Made by a program: the position numbers and the translations under genes
The notes under the pieces: model-generated
Database searches by the model: none
Told to the model about the DNA's origin: nothing
The model's input: only the letters and a program-made list of their open reading frames with translations
Source: Alphaproteobacteria bacterium
Lineage (GTDB): Bacteria; Pseudomonadota; Alphaproteobacteria; Bin95
Length of the DNA: 64,000 nucleotides
Assembly (NCBI GenBank): GCA_963665325.3
Contig: CAXXWS020000002.1
Coordinates: 960,001-1,024,000, forward strand
Direction of reading: 5' to 3'
Shown here: positions 42,027-51,586 of the stretch, piece by piece
How the letters are laid out: the number at the start of each line of letters is the position of its first letter
Numbering within the stretch: position 1 is the stretch's first letter

Positions 42027-45000
42027 ATGAGCGTTTCTGCATGGCTGCGCCGGCCGGGCTGTCCTTCCTCCCCGCCTGAGTCTTCGCACGCCGGCGGCGA
42101 GCGTTCGCCTTCCCGCCGGCCCCCCAACGCTTCCGACAGTCTCGATGCTTCTTCCGCGCGCGGCGTCGTCGCGCGCGTGGGTTCCGCCATCCGCCGGCTG
42201 CGCCCCGCCCTCGCGGCTGCGCTGCTCTCCCTGCCGCTCTTCGCCGGCCTGACCACCGGGGCCGCCGCGCAGTCGGCGGTCGAGTGCAGCACCGCCAATG
42301 ACGAGGGCTCCTACACGGTGCCCGTCAACTGGGCGCTGAAGCCCTCGGGCGTCGCCGCCGGCGGTAAGTTCCGGCTGCTGTTCATCACCTCGACCACGCG
42401 CGACGCCACGGCGACCGGTATCGCCACCTACAACACGCATGTGCAGACCGCCGCCAAGGCCGGGCACAGCGCGATCTCCGACAGTTGCGGCAATCTCTTC
42501 AAGGTTGTCGGCTCGACCTCCGCGGTGGACGCGCGCGACAACACAGGGACCACGGGCACGGGGGTGGAGATATACTGGCTGAACGGCAACAGGCTCGCCA
42601 ACAACTACGCCGACTTCTACGACGGGAGCTGGGATGATTACGGCAGGAAAAACGAGAGTGGAGGCGATACGAACGACAATATCGTCACCACAGGCAGCAA
42701 CAATGACGGCACTAAACACTCATGGTTCTTAGGTGATACCTTCGTAGTTCGGCAAGGTAACGCGGGCGATTCGACCGCAGGACCTTTGGATGAGAGTAGT
42801 AATGGTGTTCCTGGTGCTTCATCACATCATTTCTACGGCCTCTCCCCCGTCTTCAAGGTGGAGGCCGCAAGCGAGTACACGATCAGCTTCGATCCGGCGG
42901 TTTACACTTTGTCCGAGGCCGATGGGTTCGTCGACGTGACCGGCACTCTGTCGGCGGCGCAGACGAGGGCTGTCACCATACCGTTCCGCTACGAATTCCC
43001 GGACCCAGGCGCCGGATACCGGAATTTCTCCCCCGTGCCCTGGGTGACCGTCCCTGCGGGGCAGACGAGTTTCACCCTGCGCGTCCCGATCCTCGACAAC
43101 AGCCTGTTCGAGAATAACGATCTTGTCGTTATCACTGTGCCGGGGGATGCGAGCGCAAGGGCCGACCTCGTCATCCTGGACGACGAGACCGCCAGGGGCT
43201 ACGCGACTCACGAGGCCTCGGATGGCAGTTACTCATGCATCAGCCGGGGCAGGGACATCCTGGTGGATGACCAATCGGGCGGCACGATAGCGGTTCAGCA
43301 GCCCGGCTGGTGGGTGGGCCAGCCGCCGCCGGGTCTGGTGGTGGACTGGGACCGGGACAACTACGCGGTCGGCGACACCGCGACGATCACGTTCCGCACG
43401 TCGGACGGCTCGCGCTCCTGCGCCGGCATCGAATTCTGGCTCAGCGTGAGCCAGAGTCCCCACCAAACGTGGAATAACGGGCTGCCGCCGCAGCCGGCGG
43501 TACTCCAGTTCCCCAGAGACAGTCACCGCGTGTTCGTAACGCTGGGCCGCGGCCAGACGGAGGTCAGCCGGTCGTTCAAGGTCCTGGCGCCGGGCATGGC
43601 GATTTTCCAGATCAAGAAGGTGTCGAACAGGACCCCCTGGAACCTGGGCCGTCTGGGCGCCAAGCTGCGCGACATGCCGACACCGGTGGACCGCGACGGA
43701 ACCGCGCTGACGGTCAGCCGGGACCTGTGGGGGGCGGGGGCCGCCACCGAGGTGACGGCGACCGTCCACCCGGGCGTGTACTTCCAGTCGGCATCGCGGG
43801 AGGTGCAGGAGGATGCCGGGACGGTGAACCTGACGGTGGCCGTCAATCCGCCGCCGGCCACGTCCCATACGCTCGTCTACACCCTGTCCGGAACCGCGAC
43901 GTGGGACGACGACTACAACATTGCTGGCGCGACCGATAGCGGCGGCGCCGTTACGGTGCCCGCGAATGCCGGCAGCGTGACCATTCCGGTGACGATCGTC
44001 GACGACTCGGTCGATGACGACGGCGAGACAATCGTGGTCCGTCTGGCGACGAGCGGCGATTACCGGCCCGCCACGCCCGACAGCGTGACGCTCACGATCC
44101 GCAATCACGATCCGGTGCCCGAGCCGGAGGTGAGCATCGCGGCCGGGGCCGGCGTGACCGAGGGCGGCAGCGCGAGTTTCACGCTGACGGCCGATCCGGC
44201 GCCGACGGCGCCGCTGGACGTGAGCGTGACGATTGCCGCCGAGGGCGAGTTCGGCATTGCGGCCGGCGAGCGGACCGTCACCATCCCGACCACGGGCAGT
44301 TATGAGCTGACCCTTGCGACGGCGGGCGACGGCGTGGACGAGCCCGATGGCTCGGTGACCGCGACGGTGTACGCCGGCAACGGCTACACGGTCGGCGCCG
44401 CTTCCTCCGGGACGGTCGCCATCGCGGACGACGACGCGCTTCCCGCCGCCCATCCGCTGGTGAAGCATGCGCCGGTGGTCAAGCGGTTCTTCGACCGGAT
44501 CACGGCGAGGAACCAGCACGGCAACGGCGCCGCCGGGGGATGGAACAAGCGCTTCCTGAAGGCGATGGGGCACCCGGACTATGTCGACTACCCGCAGGCC
44601 GCGGTGACGGTGGCGGATGCGACGCGGATATGGAACCACGGCGGTCCCGGCGCCAACACGGCCTGGAACGGCACGGTCGCGGCGGTGACCTATGCCGAGC
44701 GGTATTTCGCCGGGCTGGTGACGCCGCCCGATCCGGTACTCATTCCGGAGATCTCCATTGCGGCGGGTGCCGGCATTACCGAGGGCGGCGATGCGGTATT
44801 CACGGTGACGGCGGACCGGGCACCGGATGCCAACCTCTCTGTGGCGCTCACGGTGTCGGAAGCCCAGGGCAGCGACTTCGTGGCCGCGTCCGACGAGGGC
44901 ACGAAGACGGTGACCGTCCTTGCCGGCGAGACTTCGGGCACGCTTACCGTGAAGACGGAGGACGACAGGGCGGACGAGCCCGACGGCTCGGTGACCGCGA

Positions 45001-46976
45001 CATTGGCAGCCGGCAGCGGCTACACGGTGGCGGCGTCCCCGCAGGACGCGGCCTCGGTTGCGGTGGCCGACAACGACGCGGCGGGCGCTCTGCCGGTGCT
45101 TTCCGTGGAGAGCAAGTCGGTGCAGGAAGGCGACGGGAAGGTGACGTTGTGGGCCACCATCGACCCGTTCCCGTCGAAGGCGGATTTCCCGGAACTTTAC
45201 AGGACGACCCGGCTGAAGCTCCGCACCATCGAGGGGACGGCATGGGACGGTGTCGACTATGTCGGCATCCCCGCCAGCTTCGGGATCACGGAGGCGTGCA
45301 ATTTCCACACCACCCTGGCGCCGAACGGGAAGCACGGGTGCCGGATCGACGAGGTGACGATTCTGGACGACTCCCATGACGATGGCGGGGAGACCTTCCA
45401 GCTTGAGGTGGGATTCGCGGACAACGAGCCGGCGCCGCTGCGCGGCCTGGGCGAGGCGCGCGGCACGGTCACCATCGAGAACTCGGACCCGCTGCCGGGG
45501 GCATGGCTGGCGCGGTTCGGTCGTGCGGTGGCGGAACAGGCTCTGGACGGCATTACGGCCCGCATGGCGGCACCACGCACGCCGGGCATGCAGGGCACGA
45601 TTGCCGGGCAGTCTCTCGACTTCAGCGGCGGGGCAAGCCTGTCTCAGTCCCCCGGATCGTTGTCCGGGGCAGGCGGGGCAAGCTTCGGCGGGGAGACGCA
45701 GGCGCAGGCGCGGGGCATGACGATGCAGGAGGTTCTGCGGGGGTCGAGCTTCTCGCTGACCGGCGAGGCGGACAGCGTCGGCGGCACGCTTGCCTTCTGG
45801 GGCGGGACGCCCGGTGCGGGCGGTCTTGTGTCCGGGTCGCAGTTTGCCGGCAATCAGCGCGGCGACCCCGGATCGGGGTCCGGGGCAGGCGGCACGGCGG
45901 TGCATCTCAGCGGCGAGACGAGCGCGGCGCTTCTGGGCACGGACTATGCGCAGGGCCCGTGGCTGGTCGGGTTCGCACTGTCGCAGAGCCGGGCCGAGGG
46001 CAGCTATGCGGCCATTGGCGGCGATGTGGCGGCGCACGCAAGCGACGGCGAGGTTGAGGCATCATTGACGGCGACGATCCCCTATGCGGCGCTGGCGGTC
46101 TCGGAGCGGTTGAAGCTCTGGGGTGCTGCGGGCCAGGGGTCCGGCGATGTGACGGTGAAGACCGCGCTGGGCGGGAGCCTCAGCGCCGACACGGCCTGGA
46201 GCATGGCGGCGGCGGGCCTGCGGGGCGACCTGCTGGCTCCTTCTGCCGAGGGGACAGGGCCGTCCCTGGCGCTGGTATCGGACGCCTTGTGGGTGCAGAC
46301 CGCGTCGGAGAAGACGCGCGACCTTGCGGCGTCGGAGTCCGATGTGAGCCGGCTCAGGCTGGGCCTTGAGGGCAGCTGGGGACTGGCGCTGGCCGGCGGC
46401 GGCAACATTGTGCCAAAGCTGGAGCTTGGGGCGCGTCATGACGGCGGCGATGCGGAGACGGGCTTCGGGGTGGAACTCGGCGGCGGTCTTGCCTGGCGCG
46501 ACCCGGGCCTCGGGCTGACGCTCGACCTGTCGGGGCGCACGCTGGTCGCGCATAACGATGGCGGGCTGGAGGACCGGGGTATCTCGGCACAGCTCGCCTT
46601 CGACCCGGAGCCTGCGAACGGTCGGGGCCTGTCCTTCGGCCTCGGCCAGGACTGGGGCGGGCGGGCGCAAGGCGGCCTCGACACGCTGTTCACGCCGGAG
46701 CCGCTGGAGGACCGCGAGGGCAGCAGCGAGGCGGAGGCGCGCTGGACGGCGGAGGCGGCCTGGGGCTTCCCGGCGTTCGACGGGCGTTTCACCGGCAGCC
46801 CGCATGTCGGGTTGGGGCTTACGACGGACGCGCGCGACTACAGTCTCGGCTGGCGGCTGACGCCGGAAGCCGCGACCGCGCCCGACCTCTCCTTCGGTCT
46901 CAGGGCGACACGTAGGGAAAGCGGCAACGCCCGGCCGGAGCATACCGTCGGCGTGGACATTACGGCGCGGTGGTAA
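42027..46976 (+). CDS. Autotransporter-like adhesin 1: lectin-like N-domain, Calx-beta repeats, C-terminal beta-barrel
   Basis: Signal h-region LAAALLSLPL...AAAQ; FRLLFITSTTRDAT domain; VTEGG...DDxxDEPDGSVT repeats; RHDGGDAETGFGVELGGG barrel ending in Trp. True start may be 41657 (see findings). Confidence 0.85.
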   Translation: MSVSAWLRRPGCPSSPPESSHAGGERSPSRRPPNASDSLDASSARGVVARVGSAIRRLRPALAAALLSLPLFAGLTTGAAAQSAVECSTANDEGSYTVPVNWALKPSGVAAGGKFRLLFITSTTRDATATGIATYNTHVQTAAKAGHSAISDSCGNLFKVVGSTSAVDARDNTGTTGTGVEIYWLNGNRLANNYADFYDGSWDDYGRKNESGGDTNDNIVTTGSNNDGTKHSWFLGDTFVVRQGNAGDSTAGPLDESSNGVPGASSHHFYGLSPVFKVEAASEYTISFDPAVYTLSEADGFVDVTGTLSAAQTRAVTIPFRYEFPDPGAGYRNFSPVPWVTVPAGQTSFTLRVPILDNSLFENNDLVVITVPGDASARADLVILDDETARGYATHEASDGSYSCISRGRDILVDDQSGGTIAVQQPGWWVGQPPPGLVVDWDRDNYAVGDTATITFRTSDGSRSCAGIEFWLSVSQSPHQTWNNGLPPQPAVLQFPRDSHRVFVTLGRGQTEVSRSFKVLAPGMAIFQIKKVSNRTPWNLGRLGAKLRDMPTPVDRDGTALTVSRDLWGAGAATEVTATVHPGVYFQSASREVQEDAGTVNLTVAVNPPPATSHTLVYTLSGTATWDDDYNIAGATDSGGAVTVPANAGSVTIPVTIVDDSVDDDGETIVVRLATSGDYRPATPDSVTLTIRNHDPVPEPEVSIAAGAGVTEGGSASFTLTADPAPTAPLDVSVTIAAEGEFGIAAGERTVTIPTTGSYELTLATAGDGVDEPDGSVTATVYAGNGYTVGAASSGTVAIADDDALPAAHPLVKHAPVVKRFFDRITARNQHGNGAAGGWNKRFLKAMGHPDYVDYPQAAVTVADATRIWNHGGPGANTAWNGTVAAVTYAERYFAGLVTPPDPVLIPEISIAAGAGITEGGDAVFTVTADRAPDANLSVALTVSEAQGSDFVAASDEGTKTVTVLAGETSGTLTVKTEDDRADEPDGSVTATLAAGSGYTVAASPQDAASVAVADNDAAGALPVLSVESKSVQEGDGKVTLWATIDPFPSKADFPELYRTTRLKLRTIEGTAWDGVDYVGIPASFGITEACNFHTTLAPNGKHGCRIDEVTILDDSHDDGGETFQLEVGFADNEPAPLRGLGEARGTVTIENSDPLPGAWLARFGRAVAEQALDGITARMAAPRTPGMQGTIAGQSLDFSGGASLSQSPGSLSGAGGASFGGETQAQARGMTMQEVLRGSSFSLTGEADSVGGTLAFWGGTPGAGGLVSGSQFAGNQRGDPGSGSGAGGTAVHLSGETSAALLGTDYAQGPWLVGFALSQSRAEGSYAAIGGDVAAHASDGEVEASLTATIPYAALAVSERLKLWGAAGQGSGDVTVKTALGGSLSADTAWSMAAAGLRGDLLAPSAEGTGPSLALVSDALWVQTASEKTRDLAASESDVSRLRLGLEGSWGLALAGGGNIVPKLELGARHDGGDAETGFGVELGGGLAWRDPGLGLTLDLSGRTLVAHNDGGLEDRGISAQLAFDPEPANGRGLSFGLGQDWGGRAQGGLDTLFTPEPLEDREGSSEAEARWTAEAAWGFPAFDGRFTGSPHVGLGLTTDARDYSLGWRLTPEAATAPDLSFGLRATRRESGNARPEHTVGVDITARW

Positions 46977-47049
46977 GCCTGCGGCAAGCGGAGGACCCCG
47001 GTCGCCCGTCATGCGTCAATGGCGCGTGACGGGCGCTCGACGCATCCCT

Positions 47050-48204
47050 TCAGTTGCGGCAAGGCGCCATCGCGGCGGCCATTGCCGCTCCGACCCGTTC
47101 TGCGGCGGCTTCGATGTCGCGGTCGGCGAGATGGGCGTAGCGAAGCGTCATCTGGACATCCGCATGGCCGAGCAGGCGGGAGACGACCGGCAGCGGTACG
47201 CCGTTCATAACGGCATGGCTCGCCATGGTATGACGCAGGTCATGAAGGCGCACATCCTCGATCCCGGCCTCGCGGCGGACCCGGTCCCACAGCCCGAGGG
47301 TCGAGCAGCGCGGGCGTGCCGGGTCGCATGGCGAAGGGAACACGAACAGGCTGGCCGTGCGCGGCTGCCGGTCGAGAATGGCACGGGCCTGGCTGTTGAG
47401 CGGAACCGTCCTCGGCCCCGTCTTGGAATCGCCGAGCGCCAACATCCCGTCGCGGACTTCCGACCGGCGCAGGCCCATGATCTCGCCCTTGCGGCATCCG
47501 GTGAGCAGCAGCAGCCGGATGATGTCCGCCTGCGGACGCCTGTCCTTGCGGGTCTGCGCATCCAGCACGGCGTGCAGGCGTCCGAGCTCCTCCGTGGACA
47601 GGAACCGCGTGAGCTTCGCCCGCCGGTTGAACGCGATGCCCTGTGCGGGGTTGCGTTCGATATGGCCGCAGGCGACGGCGAAATTCAGGATCTGCCGGAG
47701 GCGCCTGAGTACGTGATTGGCGTTGCCGGGCGCGGTGCGGCTGAAGCGGTCGAACCAACGCCCGATCCGCGTCTCACTCATGCGGTCCAGCGGCTTCGAC
47801 CCGAAGACCGGAAGAAGCTGGCTCGCCAGCGCATACCGGGCGGTTTGCTTCGTCGAAGACTTGTAGCGGTCGTAGTGCGCCGCCTTCCACGGCCCCGCGA
47901 CGAACTCCCGGAACAACGGGACCGGACAAGCCGCCTCGATCCTTGTCACAGGCTTCGGGTTCGCACGGCGCGCGTGGCATTCCCTGCGGACCTCCTCAAG
48001 GCTCTTCACGCCGACCGGACCGAGCGAGATGCGCTTCGTGCGCCCGCCGACGTCCAGAAGCAGCACATAGCTGCACCCGCCGGAGGGCCGCACCCGGACG
48101 CCGAGACCGGAAGCGCGGCTGTCCCAGACCGTGTATTCCCGCTCGCGAGGGCGGAGACGGGCAATGGCGGCGTCGGTGAGTTTCATCCGTTCCCTGCCTG
48201 CCAT
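47050..48204 (-). CDS. Tyrosine recombinase/integrase with arm-binding domain
   Basis: KLTDAAI...VWD...GLGVRV, LLTGCRKGEI, SKTG, HDLRH, LLGH, TLRYAH. Confidence 0.92.
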   Translation of the reverse strand: MAGRERMKLTDAAIARLRPREREYTVWDSRASGLGVRVRPSGGCSYVLLLDVGGRTKRISLGPVGVKSLEEVRRECHARRANPKPVTRIEAACPVPLFREFVAGPWKAAHYDRYKSSTKQTARYALASQLLPVFGSKPLDRMSETRIGRWFDRFSRTAPGNANHVLRRLRQILNFAVACGHIERNPAQGIAFNRRAKLTRFLSTEELGRLHAVLDAQTRKDRRPQADIIRLLLLTGCRKGEIMGLRRSEVRDGMLALGDSKTGPRTVPLNSQARAILDRQPRTASLFVFPSPCDPARPRCSTLGLWDRVRREAGIEDVRLHDLRHTMASHAVMNGVPLPVVSRLLGHADVQMTLRYAHLADRDIEAAAERVGAAMAAAMAPCRN

Positions 48205-48224
48205 CGCTCAGGCTCCCCCCAAGA

Positions 48225-50300
48225 TTACGCTTCATACTGCGCCCCAGTACTTCGTTGCCCCACAAGATCGGGGAAACGTCCTTGTTTTGAAGTCTTTGGT
48301 TGTTTGGCAGGTGGTGGATCGGGGAGTTCGAACAGGTATCCGGGTTTGTCGTTATAGGCGTGTCCGCGCAGAAGGCCGGCCCTGTGCCATCGGTATACCG
48401 TTTCGTCGGACACCCCGAGCCGGTTGGCGGCTTCCAGGGCGGTCAACAGCCCGAGTTCGCGCAGCCGTTGATGGCGGGACTTGAGAGCGTATTTGTCCCG
48501 GACCACCCTTACCAACATCGGATTGAAGGCGTGGCCGTATCCGCTTCGGTACCCGCGCTCGTTGAGGATTGTTGCGATCTCGCCGATGGTGTGGTCGTTC
48601 AACAGCCTGTCGACCTCGGCGACGACATCGTTGCTGGTCTTGTGGATTTCAGACGCGAGTGGACCCGGTTTCCAGGTAAGCTGTCGGGTCGCGCCACCGC
48701 GCAGCCGCACCCCCAGGCTGCGCGTAGCCTTGGTCAGTGTCACGTCCTCGATCAGCAGCCGCGCCATTCGCTTGCGCTCGCGGTGCGGCGTCGCCGGATC
48801 GTTCCACAGACGGGGGAAGTCACTGACCAGCGCGAGGATTCGCTCGCGTTGCCGATCGTCCAACCTCTGGCCCGGTTCAGCGCGGCTGCACTCGAGCTCG
48901 CGCTGTGCCTCGTCGAGGGCCCGAAGCTTCGCATTCCACTCCGCCTCCAGCACGTTGGCCACCATCCGGTTGTCGGGATGGGTCTGCATGAACCGCTGCC
49001 GCGCCAAGTCCGCTTCCTCGCGGGCGCGCTGAACCCGTTGAGCGCGCCACAGATCCGCCTCCCCGGCGCGTGCGGCGAGTTCGTCCTGTACCTGCAGCGC
49101 CATGTCCAGCGTGAGCGGTGTCATCAGCTCGACCAGCAGCTCGCCAATCGCTTGGTCTATGGCGCCGCCGGATATGCTCTGACAATTCCCGGCGCCCGCC
49201 GTCTCGATCTTTTCACGGGCGCACAGGTAGTAGGGGTTCAGCCCCCCTTTGCGGCTGCGATAGTGCACCGTCATGTTCCTGCCGCACACGCCGCAAATGG
49301 CCAGGCCCTGCAGCAGTGCGGGCCCCTCGCGCGGCGCACTGCGGCGCCCCGCGGCGCGCGCTTGAGCGTTGTCCCGGAGCTGGCGCTCATTCTCCTCGAA
49401 CCGCTCCCAGGTGATATAGCCCGGGTGGGCATCGCGCAGCAGGACTGTCCATTCCTCGCGTGCCAGGCGTTTCTTCTCGGCGCCCCCTCCGGGACGCCGC
49501 CGGCTGCGGCTGCGCCCGAACGCGAAAGCGCCGGCGTATCGCGGGTTGTGCAGAATCTGCAGCGCGCGCGTGAGCTTCAGAGGCTTCCAATGCAACTCGC
49601 CCCTGTGCGGCCCGCTGCGAGGACGGTACGGAAACAGCAATTTCTCGTTGTTGAAATGCCTGACCGTGGCGCTGGCCGAGCCGGTCCTGGTGAAGGTGTC
49701 GAACAGCAGGCGCAGACTGTGCTGCACCTGCTCGTCGGGGTCGAGCGCCACATTGCCGAGTGGGTCGTATACCAGCCCCACCGGCAGCGTCATCCTCAAC
49801 TCCCCGCGCTTGGCCTTGGCCAGCACTCCGCCCCGCATCCGGGCGCGCATCATGTGCAGCTCGGCCTCGCTCATGGTTCCTTTGAGCCCGAGCAGGAGCC
49901 GGTCGTTGAAGTCGCCGGGATCGTAGACGCCGTCCTCGTCGAGGATCAGCGTCTCGCTCAGGGCGCATATCTCGAGCAGGCGATGCCAATCGGTGGAGTT
50001 CCTCGCGAGCCTGGACACTTCGAGCCCGAGCACGATGCCGGCCCGGCCCATGCCGGCCTCGGCGACCAGACGCTGGAACCCCTCTCGGTCGGCGTCGGCG
50101 CCGGAGAGACCGAGATCGCTGTCGATCACGACGATGCTCTCGGTCGGCCAGCCCAGTGCCACGGCCCGCTCCCGCAGCGCGTACTGGCGCCGCGTGCTCT
50201 CGCCATGTTCGAATACCTGGCGCTGAGTAGACTGACGCACATACAGATAGGCATCGCGGCTCAGGTGGCTCGTCGTCACCTTCTGGTGAGCGGGATTCAT
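48225..50300 (-). CDS. Large serine recombinase (resolvase + recombinase + Zn ribbon + C-terminal HTH)
   Basis: YLYVRQST catalytic Ser, EVSRLARN, NPRYAG, LLQGLAICGVCG; ATG 50300. Confidence 0.92.
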   Translation of the reverse strand: MNPAHQKVTTSHLSRDAYLYVRQSTQRQVFEHGESTRRQYALRERAVALGWPTESIVVIDSDLGLSGADADREGFQRLVAEAGMGRAGIVLGLEVSRLARNSTDWHRLLEICALSETLILDEDGVYDPGDFNDRLLLGLKGTMSEAELHMMRARMRGGVLAKAKRGELRMTLPVGLVYDPLGNVALDPDEQVQHSLRLLFDTFTRTGSASATVRHFNNEKLLFPYRPRSGPHRGELHWKPLKLTRALQILHNPRYAGAFAFGRSRSRRRPGGGAEKKRLAREEWTVLLRDAHPGYITWERFEENERQLRDNAQARAAGRRSAPREGPALLQGLAICGVCGRNMTVHYRSRKGGLNPYYLCAREKIETAGAGNCQSISGGAIDQAIGELLVELMTPLTLDMALQVQDELAARAGEADLWRAQRVQRAREEADLARQRFMQTHPDNRMVANVLEAEWNAKLRALDEAQRELECSRAEPGQRLDDRQRERILALVSDFPRLWNDPATPHRERKRMARLLIEDVTLTKATRSLGVRLRGGATRQLTWKPGPLASEIHKTSNDVVAEVDRLLNDHTIGEIATILNERGYRSGYGHAFNPMLVRVVRDKYALKSRHQRLRELGLLTALEAANRLGVSDETVYRWHRAGLLRGHAYNDKPGYLFELPDPPPAKQPKTSKQGRFPDLVGQRSTGAQYEA

Positions 50301-50599
50301 GCGGCTTCCCTCCCCATATGACCGTTGAGCATGGCGATCAAAATGTCGATCGCCGACGTCTCGACCCCGGTGGGCAACGGCCCGGGCGAGGTCGCCGGGC
50401 ACAGGGCGGGCGGCGGGGCAGGCAGTTCGGCGAGGGCATGCAGCCAGGCCGCGACGCCGCGCAGCGCCACCAGGGCGATCCCGTGGCGGTCGTGGGCGGC
50501 GCCGGGCTCGACGGCATGACGGCGCATCCGCTCGTAACCGTGCCCGTAGGCGGAATGCTCCGCCGCGGCGAGCGCGGCGCAGGGCGGGTTGTGCATCAT
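50297..50599 (-). CDS. Small hypothetical protein of the LSR element
   Basis: YERMR...RGVAAW; ATGA overlaps with both neighbours. Confidence 0.7.
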   Translation of the reverse strand: MMHNPPCAALAAAEHSAYGHGYERMRRHAVEPGAAHDRHGIALVALRGVAAWLHALAELPAPPPALCPATSPGPLPTGVETSAIDILIAMLNGHMGREAA

Positions 50600-51054
50600 C
50601 GTTTTTTTCCCCGCGCGAGGGCGCGGTCGATGCTGCGGCGATGAACCGAGATGGCGAAGCGTGCGCGCACCAGCTCGACCAGGTCGGCGGCGGTCAGTTC
50701 CGGTTGTTCGCTTTTCGCCGCCCGCAGCGCTTCGACCACCTCGTCGCTGAGCTTGTGCGCCCGGCGCGGTCCCGGCCGGTCCGGCAGCAGGCCCGGCAGC
50801 CCGCCCGCCTCCCAGGCGCGCTGCGCCTGATACCAGGTGGGCCGCGAGACGCCGAAGCTCGCGGCCGCGTGGCTTACCGGCACGCCGTCCTCGCGCACGC
50901 GGCGCAGCATCTCGTACCTGACCTGGAGCAGGTCGCGCGGGTCGAAGAACGGGTTCGACAGGAACAGCTCGTCGCGCACCGCCTCCGCATTCGGGTTCAG
51001 GCAGCCGTGCTCCTTGAGGGAACGGGTCTTTGCGTCGGCGGGGCGTCTGGCCAT
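50596..51054 (-). CDS. Helix-turn-helix protein of the LSR element
   Basis: FFDPRDLLQVRYEMLR, AAASFGVSRPTWY, GLLPDRPGPRRAHKL, ISVHRRSIDR. Confidence 0.85.
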   Translation of the reverse strand: MARRPADAKTRSLKEHGCLNPNAEAVRDELFLSNPFFDPRDLLQVRYEMLRRVREDGVPVSHAAASFGVSRPTWYQAQRAWEAGGLPGLLPDRPGPRRAHKLSDEVVEALRAAKSEQPELTAADLVELVRARFAISVHRRSIDRALARGKKR

Positions 51055-51089
51055 CGCACGGGCTCCGTCGGGAAAGATATGTAAATATG

Positions 51090-51117
51090 TTTATGCACAT
51101 ATCCGCCACCGTATCAA
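51090..51117 (-). promoter_or_regulatory. Candidate promoter for the HTH-ORF-LSR operon
   Basis: TTGATA-N16-CATAAA in an AT-rich gap upstream of ATG 51054. Confidence 0.3.
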
Positions 51118-51236
51118 GTCTCGTCTTCCCCTGCACAGGAGCAAACGGTCTAAAATACCAAGCATTATACTCAATCCACACCACCTCTCCGGCCACTTCA
51201 ATGTGCTGCACTTCCCGCTTATGCGCAAAAACGATC

Positions 51237-51542
51237 TTACACACGCGGCAAAATCTCCTTGACAGTCCCCGCCCCGCCATCGCCCTCCCTCCCGGCGCCA
51301 CCGTCTCCGTCCAGGCTGTCCAGCAATGCCGCCAACGCGAGCAGATCCGAGACACGGAACGCCGACCGGCCCGACCCCACCCTCACAAACGGATCCTCGC
51401 AGGCAACGCTGGTCCAGGCTTGCCGTATGCTGCACAGTGTCCCGTCATCTCCTGTGTAGTGCACATGCCCCACCCCCATGACCGGCTTGTTCTCGACCAG
51501 TTCGAACTCACGGTCGTGAAGAGGATGAAACGGATGCGTCAC
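51237..51542 (-). CDS. DUF5372 (Y4bD/Y4pK-like) protein, with no good start in the integrated state
   Basis: VTHPFHPL...WTS...DPF...GRSAFRVSDLLAL; frame stays open to the element end at 51586. Confidence 0.75.
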   Translation of the reverse strand: MTHPFHPLHDREFELVENKPVMGVGHVHYTGDDGTLCSIRQAWTSVACEDPFVRVGSGRSAFRVSDLLALAALLDSLDGDGGAGREGDGGAGTVKEILPRV

Positions 51543-51586
51543 TCGGAAGGTCTGCCGCTCGACGCGTCGTCGAGATGCAGTTGAGT

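Noticed and set aside
37750-46037. Long antisense ORFs (e.g. 37750-40704, 43233-46037; likewise 53257-55479, 13980-16316)
   Set aside because: Shadow frames of real high-GC genes with no motifs of their own
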